From Scenedesmus sp. PABB004 (Eukaryota), in contig JABVCE010000002.1 in assembly GCA_014905635.1 (NCBI GenBank), positions 1,054,001 through 1,118,000 on the forward strand: a stretch of 64,000 nt of DNA, read 5' to 3'. The notes beneath the pieces are model-generated. The model saw only the letters and a list, made by a program, of their open reading frames with translations. It made no database searches and had not been told where the DNA came from. Within the stretch, counting starts at the first letter, position 1. Each line of letters starts with the position of its first letter. Below, one piece after another: positions 36,604 through 47,677 of this stretch. Position numbers and translations under genes: made by a program.

Positions 36604-37927
36604 CCGAGCCACCGCCGGCGCGGCGGCGGCGCCCGCGGCGCGCGCCGCCCACGGCCCGCCGCGGCGCCGCGCGCCGTTGCGCGCAGGCCTACTTTGCCAA
36701 GTGGGGCGACAGCGGCGTGGTGGACCTGAAGGACGAGTTCAGCTGCCTCGTCGCGCTCACCGCCGCGCGCACGCTGCTGGGGCGCGAGATCCGCGAGCAG
36801 CTCTTCGACGAGGTGCGGCGCCGCGCAGCGGGGCCGCGCAGCGGGGCGCGCGGCTTGGCAGCAGCGGCACCACCACGCAGCGCGTCGCGGCGGCTGCGGC
36901 AGCAGCAGCGGCAACCGCCCGCCGCCGCGCCGCGCCGCCGCGGCGCGCGCAGGTCGCGGACCTCCTGCACGACCTCGACGACGGCATGCGGCCGATCAGC
37001 GTGTTCTTCCCCTACCTGCCCACCTCGTTCCACCGCAAGCGCGACGCCGCGCGCACGAAGCTGGGCAAGATCTTTGCCAAGGTCATCCAGGCGCGCAGGT
37101 GCGGGCGGAGAGGACGCCACCGCGGCGCTGCGGTCGCGGCGGTCGCGGCGGTCGCGGCGGCGGCGGCGGAGGCGCAGCAGTATCAGCGGTGGCCGCGGCA
37201 GCTGCGCCCGCCCGGCCGCCCGCCCGCCCGCCCGGCCGACCCCCGCTGCCGCCGCGCTGCGCCGCCGGCCGGGCGCAGGGCGAGCAGCGTGAAGGAGGAG
37301 GACGTGCTGCAGCAGTTTTGCGACGCGCGCTACCAGAACGTGTGCGGCGGGCGGCAGCTGACGGAGGACGAGATCACCGGCCTGCTCATCGCGGTGCTCT
37401 TCGCGGGGCAGCACACCAGCTCCATCACCAGCGCCTGGACGGGCTACGAGATGATCGCGACCCGGGTGCGCCGAGCGGGCCGCCGCCGCGCAGCAGCGCG
37501 GGGCGGCGCCGCGCAGCAGCGCGGGGCGGCGCCGCGCAGCAGCGCGGGGCGGCGCCGGCGGCGGCAGCGGCGGCGGACTGGCGGCGCGCCGGCGGCCTGG
37601 CGGCGCGCCCACGCCGCGCCGCGCGCACGCCGCGCTGCGCGCAGGCACGGGGGCCGGGCAACCCCTACGACGCGGCGGTCGAGGAGCAGCGCGCGTGCCT
37701 GGCCAAGCACGGGCCCGGCCTGAGCATGGACATCCTGGCGGAGCTCGAGGCGCTGCACCTCAACATCCAGGAGGCGCTGCGCATGCACCCGCCGCTGCTG
37801 CTGGTCATGCGCTACGTGAAGCAGCCCTTCCGGCTGACCACGAGCACCGGCAAGACCTACAGCATCCCCGTGGTGCGCCGCCGCCGCGTCGGGGCCCACG
37901 CGCCGCCGCCGCCGCGTCTGGGCCGCA

Positions 37928-37973
<46 letters not shown>

Positions 37974-38466
37974 TCGAGGCGCCCGCCCGCTCGCCTGCGC
38001 GGTCGCAGGGCGACATCCTCGCGGCGTCGCCCAACTTCAGCCACATGCTGCCGACCGTGTTTGCCGACCCGTCGCGCTACGACCCCGCCCGCTTCCTGCC
38101 GCCGCGCGAGGAGGACAAGGCCAAGCCCTTCAGCTACCTCGGCTTTGGCGGCGGCCGCCACGCGTGCATCGGGCAGAACTTTGCATACCTCCAGGTGCGC
38201 GGCACCGCGGCGCGCGCAGGGGATGGGCGGGAGGAGGGCGCCGGCGGGGCAGCGCACGGGCCGGCTGCGGCGCGCCGCCGGCGAGCCCACGTGTGTGCCC
38301 CGCGTGTGTGCCCGTGCCGCGCGTGGCGCAGATCAAGTCCATCTGGAGCGTGATGCTGCGCAACTTTGACTTTGAGAGCGTCGACCCCGTGCCCGCGCCG
38401 GACTACGACTCCATGGTCATCGGGCCCAAGCCCGCGCGCGTGCGCTTCACGCGCCGCAAGCTCTGA
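35784..38466 (+). CDS. CYP51: Sterol 14-alpha-demethylase (cytochrome P450 CYP51)
   Basis: YDFNVPTFGRGVVYDV, LFAGQHTSSIT (I-helix), EALRMHPP (ExxR), YDPARF, FGGGRHACIG (heme Cys). Confidence 0.97.
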
Positions 38467-38898
38467 GCGCGCCGCAGCGCGCGGCACGGCAGCGCAGCGC
38501 GTGGCACGGCAGCGGCGGCGCCGCGCGGCTGCGGGCGGGAAGGGGAGGGAGGGGGCGGGCGCTGCGGCTGGTCCGTGCCGCGCAGCAGAGGGGGCGGGGG
38601 CGTGGGCGCACTGCGGGACGAGGAGAAGAACACGCGAGGGCGGGCTTGACTGCGTCGAGAGAGCGGCGCTAGGAGCGCGAGGAGAGGGGCGCCCGGCGTC
38701 GGCGGCGGCGGGTGGCGTTGTCGGTGTGTGACAGGCAACCTCCGGCCCAACGCGCCGCCCCCGAGCCATGCGCTCCGAGGCATCCGAGGCTCCGCTCCGC
38801 TCGCAAAACTGACAGGCCTGTCCTAGGGGCCCGCCAATGCGCTGGCCGGCCGCCGTTGCGACTATGGTACACGCGCACGCGCGCACAGGTCCGGCAGC

Positions 38899-39959
38899 TC
38901 ACGCGACCTTGGCCCTCGCGCCGGGGCCCGCCTTGGGCCGCGAGCGCTGGATCACGTACACGCCCCTGCGGTCGCGTGCGGCCGGGGCGCCGGCGGCGGC
39001 GCCGTGGGGCGCCGGCCAGCGGCGCGCCGCGCGGCCCCGCTGCTGGCGGCCGCCCGCGCGGCCGCGGCGCGCGGGCGCGCGCGCGCACCAGAAGAGCGCG
39101 ACGACGTTTGCGAAGAGCACGCGCAGCTGCAGCGGCACGCAGCGGTAGTTGACCAGCATCACCGCCGGCCACACGCGCCACCCCGCCGCCTGCAGCGCCG
39201 GGAACTCGGCCGCCGCCTTGCGCGCAAACGCGCCCGGCGCCATGCCTGCCCGGGCGGCGGGTCGGCGCAGCGGGTCGGCGGCCGCGCTGCGCCCGCGCGC
39301 CGCGCGCGGCATGACCTGCGGGCCCTGGCGCCGCGGTGCGCACCGTTGACGACCATGGCCGTGTAGGCCATGAACGCCAGGTTGTAGGCAGGGCCGAAGG
39401 TGAGCTGGTCCAGCGCGACGCGGCGCAGCGCCGACCAGGTGCTGCCCTCGGGCCAGCGCGCCGTCGCGCGCGCGAGCGCGGCGTGCCAGTAGTGCGCCGA
39501 CGGCGCGCCGATGAGGAGGCCCCACACCTGGTGGGGGGGGGTGGGTGCGTGGGCGGGGGCTTGGGAAGGTGCAGCGGCGGCGGCGGCGGCAGCACCGGCG
39601 GCGATCGGTCGCCGCCCGCAGCAGCCGGCCACGCACCGCCATCTTGAGCGTGCGCCGCGGGTTGTACGGCCCGCCCAGCAGGCGCTGCGCGATGACGTCG
39701 CTCAGCGACGCGACGCACGCCGACGTGAGCGCCTGGCGCGGAGAGCGGGGCGGGTGGGCGCCGGCGGCGAGCGCGGCGGCCCCGCGCGGCAGCCCCCATA
39801 CGCGGCAGCCCCCACCTTGGTGCGCAGGGGGCGCTTGGCGAGCTGCTGCTTGTAGCCGCTCCACGCCAGCGCCAGCACGCCGCCCCCGGGCGCGGCGGCG
39901 GCGCTGCTGCTGCTGCCGCCGCTGCGCAGCCCCGGCGGCGGCGCGGACGCTGCCGCCAT
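38899..39959 (-). CDS. Mpv17/PMP22 family peroxisomal membrane protein
   Basis: Y..QLAKRPLRTK|ALTS...SDVIAQ, GAPSAHYW, VALDQLTFGP, GWRVWP...VNYRCVPLQLRVLFANVVALFW. Confidence 0.9.
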
Positions 39960-40386
39960 GCTGCTAGAGGGCGCCCAGATGGGCCGCAGACCGCGTCTGT
40001 GCGGCGCACGCGCGCTGCGGACGGGCGTGGGTGCCGCGCAGGGGGCTGAGCGCGCCGACGTCGGCGCCGCGCTCCCGGCGCGTGCGGCGTGTGGGCGCGA
40101 GGGGTGGGCTGACGGCAAGCTGCGTTCGGGAATGGTCACACCGTCAACTCGCGGGAGCGCTTAGGGCTCTGCGGCGCGCCGCGTCACCGGTTACGCCCGA
40201 AAAAGCGCTGCCCGCTGCGCCGCCGCCGTCGCGCCGCTGCGCTGGCTGCTTCCTCCCCTCTCGCCCGACTCGGCCGGCGCACCGCCAGCCTGGACCGCCG
40301 CCGCCGCAGGCGCGCAGCCGCGGCCCGCCGTCGTTTTGACCGCACCGGCCGCGCAGGCTGGGCCCGGATCAGGGCGCGTCGCAGGG

Positions 40387-40391
40387 TTACA
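40387..40391 (-). terminator. TGTAA poly(A) signal for GatA
   Basis: ttaca on the + strand about 16 nt past the GatA stop. Confidence 0.6.
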
Positions 40392-40406
40392 GGCCGCCGC
40401 CGCGCA

Positions 40407-42640
40407 TCACGCCGCCACCAGCTGCTGCCCTTCGCTGCTGGCCGGCGCCGCGGCGACCGGCGCGCGCCGCGCCACGCCCGCGGTCTGCTCGTACGCGTGC
40501 GCGACGCGCAGCAGCTGCTGCTCGCCAAACATGCGCCCCACGAGCTGCATGCCCACCGGCAGCGCGCCGCCGGGCGCGCCCTCGGCCGGCGCGAAGCCGC
40601 ACGGCACCACGACCGCGGGCAGGCCGGAGAGGTTGAGGTTGACGGTCATCAGGTCGCCCTTGTACATGGCCAGCGGGTCGGCCGCCTTCTCGCCGAGGCC
40701 GTACGCGACCGTCGGCGCGGCGGGGCAGAGCAGCACGTCGAAGCGCGCCAGCGCGGCGCCCATCTCGTCCGCGACGAGCGTGCGCACCTGCGCGGCGCGG
40801 CGACGCACGCGGCGCGCGGCGTGGGCGGCGCGCGGCGCGCGGTCGCGGGCACCGCCGCATTGCTTGCAATGCGAGTGCTGCCGCGGTGGCGCAGGCGCGG
40901 CCGCCGTGCCTGCTGCGCGCGCTTGTAGTAGGCGTCGTAGTAGCCCGCGCTGAGCGCGTACGTGCCCATGAGCACGCGGCGCTTGACCTCGGGCCCCAGC
41001 CCCGCGCCGCGCGTCGCGCCGTACATTGCCTTGAGCTCCGCGCCCGCCGCGCCGCCGGCCGCACGCGCGCCGTAGCGCACGCCGTCGTAGCGCGAGAGGT
41101 TGCTGGAGGCCTCGCTGAGCGCGAGCACGTAGTACGCGGGAAGGCCCAGGGCAAAGGTCGGCAGCGACACCTGCGCGGCGGCGCACGCGGCGTGGGCGCG
41201 GCGTGGGCGCGGCGCGGGCGCGGCGCGGGCGCGGCGGGGGCGGACGTCGCGGCGGCGGCGGGCCCGGCCCGCCGCCGCACCTGCTCGACCGCGGCGCCGA
41301 GCTGCTGCAGGTGCGCGACCGCGCCGTCGATCGCCGCCGTCACGCCCGGCGACACGCCCTCGCCGCACGTCTCCGCGATCACGCCCACACGCAGCCCCGC
41401 GAGCGGCGCGCTGCCGAGCGCGTCGCGCGGCGGCAGCGCGGCGCAGTAGTCGGGGACGGACTCGCGGCTCGCGGTCGCGTCGGCGCCGTCGGCGCCCGCC
41501 ATCACGCGCAGCAGCAGCGCCGCGTCGGCCACGCTGCTCGCGAGCGGGCCGACGCAGTCGAGCGACGAGGCGTAGGCGATCAGGCCGTGGCGCGACACGC
41601 GGCCGTAGCTCGGCTTCAGCCCCACCACGCCGCAAAAGTGCGCGGGCTGGCGAATGCTGCCGCCCGTGTCGCTGCCGAGCGCCGCCGCCGCCTGGCCCGC
41701 CGCGACCGCCGCCGCGGAGCCGCCCGACGAGCCGCCCGGCACGCGCGCCGTGTCCCACGGGTTGCGCGTCGCCTGCGCGGCGCGGGGGCGCGGGCGCCGG
41801 CGCGGGCGCGCGCCGCTCGGTCTCCGCCGCGGCTCGCGCCAGCGGGCGCCCGCGGCGCTGCCGTCCGGCAGGCAGAGAGAGGCCCTCCTCGCCCGCCCAT
41901 CACGCGCCCACCGGCACCCCCATCGAACGCCCTCAACGCCCTCGCGCCCTCGCGCCCTCACACGCCCTGCGCCGCCGCACCTGGTAGGCCGAGTTTTCGG
42001 TCGAGCTGCCCATGCCAAACTCGTCCATGTTGGTCTTGCCCAGCAGCACCGCGCCCGCGGCGCGCAGGCGCGCCACCGCGGTCGCGTCAAACGGCGGCGC
42101 GTAGGCCTCCAGCACGCGGCTGCCCGCCGTCGTGCGGAGCCCCGCGGTGCAGATGTTGTCCTGCAAGGCGCAGGGCGGCGGCGGTGAGGCCGCGCGCGCT
42201 CGTTGCGGCCGCCGCGGCCTCTGCTGCGGCCGCTGCGGCCGCATGGCTGCTGGCGTGGCGGCAGCGGCGGCAGCCACGGCCGCTCCGCACCTTGATGGCA
42301 ATCGGCACGCCCGCGAGCGGCCCCGCGGGCTCGCCGCGCGCGATCGCCGCGTCGACGGCGGCCGCCTGCGCGAGCGCCGCGCCCTCGTCCACGGTCAGGA
42401 AGGCGTGCACCTGGTCCTCCACCGAGCGCAGCGCCGCCAGGTAGGCCTTCGTCACCTCCACGGCCGACTGCTGCTTGCCCGCGACGCGCTGCGCGATCGA
42501 GCGCAGCAGCGCGCCCGCGGCGCGGCGCCGCCCGCGCTGGCGAACGCGCGCATGGCGGCGGCGCGGCGCGGGCGGGCCGGCGCGAGGAGGTCGGAGCGGG
42601 CGCGGTTGCAGGCGCTGCGCTGCGCCAGGCGGTGGGCCAT
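40407..42640 (-). CDS. gatA: Glu-tRNA(Gln) amidotransferase subunit A, organellar (apparent indel in the transit-peptide region)
   Basis: [88 protein letters not shown]. Confidence 0.95.
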
Positions 42641-42895
42641 GGCGGGCGGGGCGGCAGTCGCTCGCAATGCGCGGCCGGCACGGCGCGGAGCGCGGCCGCC
42701 GGGTCGGGCGCAGGGGCGCGTTGTGTGGCTGGAGGCCTGGAGGCAGCGGAGGGCGCGGGTAGCCAGGTCCGCGAGGCTTTGCGGCCAGGCTTATGCGCGG
42801 TCTGGGCTGGTGCCAGCTTTTCGCGGCTAAGACGCCGCGCGCCTGAGCGCGCGCCAATGCGGGACGCCCTCAGCGCGTGACGGGGGCGCCACGCC

Positions 42896-43340
42896 ATGGC
42901 GATGCGACACGGCGCCGGAGCCCAGCGGCAGCTGCGCTCCGCCGGCGGCGGCAGCGGCGCCGCTGGCCGGCGCGCCGGTGCGCGCGCGCCCCAGCCCGCC
43001 CGGCGACGCCCAATCCGCAGCGCCGCGACGCCTGGACAGCATGACGGCCCGGCAGCGGCGCGGCCCTCGCCGGCGGCGGCGGCGTCGCATCAGGACAGCA
43101 GCAGCGGCGCCGGCGCGTACTACGCGCGCAAGCCCGGCCTCCTCACGCGCCACCTGCAGGCCGCGGCCGACGTGGAGCAGCTGGAGCAGCTGTGGGCCGT
43201 CAACCAGCGCCAGTTCAACGCCATTCACTTCAGCGCGATCATGCAGCAGCTCGCGGCGCTGCACGCGCAGGCGGCGGCAGCCGCCGCCGCCGGCGCGGCG
43301 GCGCCGGCGGCGCAGGGCCACGCGGAGCGCGGCGGCGGCA

Positions 43341-43371
<31 letters not shown>

Positions 43372-45309
43372 GCCAGACGACGGCGAGCTCGGCGCGGCGC
43401 TGGCGGGGCTGCTCGGCGGCGCCGCCGACGAGGGCGACGGCGGCGCGCCAGGTCTGCCGGGCGACGAGGGCGAGCTCGTGGCGCTGCTGCGCGGCACCGC
43501 CGGCGGCGGCGGCAGCCGCTCCAAGCAGCAGCAGCGGCAGCAGCGCCTGGTGCGGCCGCCGCACCTCAACCTGCAGCAGTGGCAGGCCGACAAGGCGGCG
43601 CGGTCGCGGCGCGCCGCGGCGGCGCTCGCGCACGCGGTCGCGGGCGCCGCGCTGAGCCCCACGGCGGCGGCGGCGCTCGACGGCCGCGCGCTCGCGATGA
43701 TCGGTCACAGCCTGGCCAAGATCGGGCTGCAGGATCCGCAGCTCCTCGCCGCGCTCGTCGCCGCGGCGACGCCGGACGTGCTCGCGCGGCTGGACGGGCA
43801 GCAGGTCACCAACCTCATCTGGTCGGTCGCCGTGGCCGCGGCCGCGCTGCGCGGCCGGCCCGGCGGCCGCGCCGGCGGCCGCGGCGCGCGCGAGCAGCCG
43901 CCGCGCGAGTGGCTCGCCGCCGCGGCCGCGGCGCTGCAGGAGCAGCTGCCGCGCTGCAGCAGCTCGGGCGTGGCGATGGCGGTCTGGGGGCTGGGCCAGC
44001 TGGGGTTTAGCCCCGGCACGGCGTGGTGGGACGCGCTGTGGGCGGGCACGCAGGCGCGGCTGGGCGAGTTCAGCGGCAACGAGCTCGCCCTCCTCATCTA
44101 CGCCTGCGGCAAGCTCAAGCAAAAGGTGGGCGGGCGCGCCGAGGGCCCGCCGCTGGGCCCGCCGCTGGGCCCGTGCGGGGCCGCCGCCGCCGCCCCGCGC
44201 GCCCGCGCCGCGCCGCGCCGGCAATCTGCGCGCCCGTCCGCGGCGCGGCGCATTGCGCGCAGCCGCCGGAGCCCTGGCTGCGGTCCTACCTGGGCGCGTC
44301 GTGCGAGGCAGTCGCGGGGTTCAGCCCGCAGCAGCTCACGATGTCGCTGTGGGGCCTCGCCGCGAGCGGCAGCGAGCCCTACAAGGCCTGGCTCATGGCC
44401 TGGTTCCTCACCAGCAGGGCCGCCATGCCCCGCGCGACCACGCAGGCGCGCCGCACGTGCGCGCGCGCTGGCGCCGCCGCCGCGCTGGCCGCCACCGCCG
44501 CCACGCGGCGCCTCACCGTGCCCTCCTCGCTCCCTCCCTCCCATGGATCCCCAGGACCTGGCGATGTGGCTCTACTCGCTCGCGCTGCTGCGCATCACGC
44601 CCAGCCCCGTGTGGTGCACCAGCTTTGTGGAGGCGAGCTTTGAGCCCCTCACCGCGCCGACCACGCGGCCGTCGGTGCGCGCGCGCAGCTCTGCCCCCGC
44701 GCGCCACGCACCCGCTCGCGCCGGCCCGCGCCCGCCGACGCCCGACGCGCGCCGCGCGGCGCCGGCGCGCAGGAGCTGGTCAACGTGATGTGGGCGGTGA
44801 GCTGCATGACCTGGTCGCCGCCGCTGCTCTACTGGCGCGGCCTGCTCGACGCGGCGCGGCGCGGCTTTGCGCGCTTCAACGCGCAGGACCTCGCCAACTG
44901 CGTCTCCGCCGCGACCGCGGTCGACGTGTCCAGCCTCGAGCGGCGCTGGGTCGCCGCGTTTGTCGCGGCGTCGCGGCCCAAGCTCTCCTCGTTCCTGCCC
45001 GTGCACCTCGCGCACACCGCGACCGCGCTGGCGCGCGTGTCGCGCGCGCACGACTGGGCGTACGCTGCCGTCGACGCGGGCTGGCACGACGCCTTTGTCG
45101 CCGCCGCGGGCGCGCAGCTCGCGGCGGGGCGGTTCAGCGCGCGCAACCTGGAGCTCATCGTGCAGCGCCTGCGCCAGCTCCAGTTTGTGCCGCCCTCGCC
45201 TGCGCTCGCCGAGTTCCTGGACGCCGCGGACGCAGCGCTCGCGCGCATGGCGCGGCGGCCGCTCGGCGTTGAGGCGGCGCGCGGCGACGGCGACAGGCCG
45301 CGTGCGTGA
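42896..45309 (+). CDS. Octatricopeptide-repeat (OPR)/FAST-like organellar RNA-binding protein
   Basis: About 10 degenerate helical repeats: [93 protein letters not shown]. Confidence 0.75.
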
Positions 45310-46127
45310 GGTCCCTTTTTGTTACATGTGCGTACACCGCCCGCAACGCCGCATGAGGAGGGAGGTACACAGCCCCCGCACGCCGGGGTCATGCAGGGGG
45401 CGCCTAGCTAGCTAGGCTGCGCCGCAGGCGTCAGCGAGAGTCGGCGAGCGCCGCGCTCAAGGAATAGGGGCGGCGGAGCCGCGCCGGGCGCGCGCCCCCT
45501 ATGTGCGCGGGGACGGATCGAGGTCGGTCAGTCAGTCAGCGGCAGTGTGTGTGCCTGGGCCTGCCTGGCCTGCCCGGCGCGCGCCCCGCGCCGCAGCAAG
45601 GGCAGCGGCGCGGGGCGCCGCGGCGCGGGCAGCAGTGTGGGGAGGAAAGGCATGTACACGCGCGCCTGCACACGACAGAGCCCTGCAGTGCCGCCCTTTG
45701 TTGGTAGCTAGTGTACAGAGAGCAGGCCGCGCGCGCCTGCGCCCTGCTCGCCGGCGGCCCGGGCGCGCGGGCGGGCGGGCGGGCGGCGCCGTGTGACGCC
45801 GCCCGAGCCCGTCGACGGCCGGGCGCCGCCGCAGGCGCGCGCGCGCCCGCCGGCGAGCAGCAAGAGCTGCGTCCGCTGCTGCTGCCTCGTGAGGAGCGCT
45901 CCCTACCCGCGCGGCGGCGCGGCGGCCGCCGCCGGCCCCGTTATGCGGCGCACCGCCGGGCCGGCGGCCGCCCGCGCCGCGCCGCCGCCGCCTAGCGGCG
46001 CGCAACGCTCCCGGCTGTGCCTGCCTACGTGGACGCCGCAACGCTGCCGCACTCAACAAGCCGCTCTCTCGGGTCGGTCAGGGTCGGGGCCGGGCGGCGA
46101 CGGCTGCGGCGGCCGCGCCCGGGCCGC

Positions 46128-47369
46128 CTACGCCTCCTCCTCTTCGCTGGAGGAGAGGAAGCCGTCGTCGTCGTCGCTGCCGCCGTCGCTCGCCTTGCTG
46201 CTGCCGCCGCTGCAGCCGGGCGTGGCGTAGCGCCGCACGTAGTCCTTGACGCGCGCGTTGTAGCCGGTCGGCTCGCGCATGAGCAGCGCGGCCGCGTCGC
46301 CGTTGAGCGGGTCGGTGGGGTTGGGGTAGAGCAGCAGCTGCGGCAGGAAGACCTCAAACACGTTCACCAGGTCTGCGCCGCGCGGGCGTGGGCGCGGCAG
46401 GGTGGGGTGGGCGGGGCGGGGCGCCGCCGCGTGAGCGGGCCACCGCGGGCGAGAGGGCGCGCGCCGCCTGCTGCGCCCGCGCCCGCGCCCGCCGCCGCGC
46501 GCGCCCGCACCAAACATGGGGCTCCAGGTCTGGTTGATCACGTCCAGGCAGACCGACCCCGACCTGCGCCGCGGCGCGCGCGGGCGTTGGCGCCGGCCGC
46601 GCCCCGGCGCCGCCGCCTGCGCTGGCGGCCGCCGCTGGCTGCCGCCGGGCGCCGGCGCTGCCGCCGCGCGCGCGCGCCGCGCACCCCTCGTCGACGTTGG
46701 GGTGGAAGATCTTGTTCACAAACCCGATGGAGGGGCTCTTGTAGGGGTAGGCCTCCGGCAGCTCCACGTGCAGCCGCCACACGCCGCCCTCGTACGGGCC
46801 TGCCGGCGGCGCGGCGCGGCGGGCGGCGCGGTCGCGTCGGCGCCGCATGCATGCGCCGCGCCGCGGCGGGCGGGGCGGCGGGCCGCCGACGGCGGCGGCG
46901 GCGCGCGGCGCGGCGCGCGGGCGCGCGTGCGCGGCGCGGCGCGCGCAGCAGCGGCGGCCGTTTCGCCGGCGCGGCGCGGCCGCGGCGCGCACTGTCTTTG
47001 GGGCCGCCGAACTCGACGTAGAACTCGCTGATGTTGTCCTCCACCAGCTCCACCTTCCAGTCGGACATCATGCTGCGCAATTGGGCGCGCGCCGGGGTCA
47101 GAGGACTGCCGGGCATAGGTGCAGCCCCGCCCGCCCGGGCTGCTGCCGCGCCGCCCGGCCCGCTGCTGCCCGCCCCGGGCAAGCCGGCGGCGCCCTGCGC
47201 GCATGGCCGCGCCCGCACGGCGTGCCGGGGCGCCTGCGCGCGCTGGGCCCGGGTTGCCGTTGGCATCGGGCCGTCCCCGCTGGCACGCAGCGCTGGCACG
47301 CATCCCCCCTGCGCCCGGCACGCACAGTCGCATCACGTCCTGCTGTCGCCGGCTGCCTGGGGAGCACAT
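46128..47369 (-). CDS. UBE2H: Ubiquitin-conjugating enzyme E2 H (Ubc8/UBC4-6 type)
   Basis: [85 protein letters not shown]; acidic tail. Confidence 0.95.
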
Positions 47370-47677
47370 TTTGGATGCGGCAGCGGGGCGCGCGCCAGCA
47401 GCGGGGAGCGGGTTGGAGCCAGCCGGGACGGCGCAAACAGCGGTGGAATGCCGCGCGGAGGCGGGCGGAACGGAGATGACGCGCGCTCGGGCTCGCTCAA
47501 CCCCTGCTGGCTGCCCACCTGCCCACCCGCTCAGCCTCCGCCCGCCACGGCGCCTGCGACGCTCGCCACGCCGCCCCACGCCGCGGATCGGGGTACGCGC
47601 AGCGAGCGGGCCGAGGCGCTCCGACCACCGCCCAGCAGCGGCGGCGGCAGCGACGCGCACGCGCCGCACGCGCGGCC

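Noticed and set aside
18235..47369. GID8 and UBE2H (cognate CTLH E3/E2) in the same window
   Set aside because: They are about 27 kb and a dozen unrelated genes apart, which is compatible with chance.
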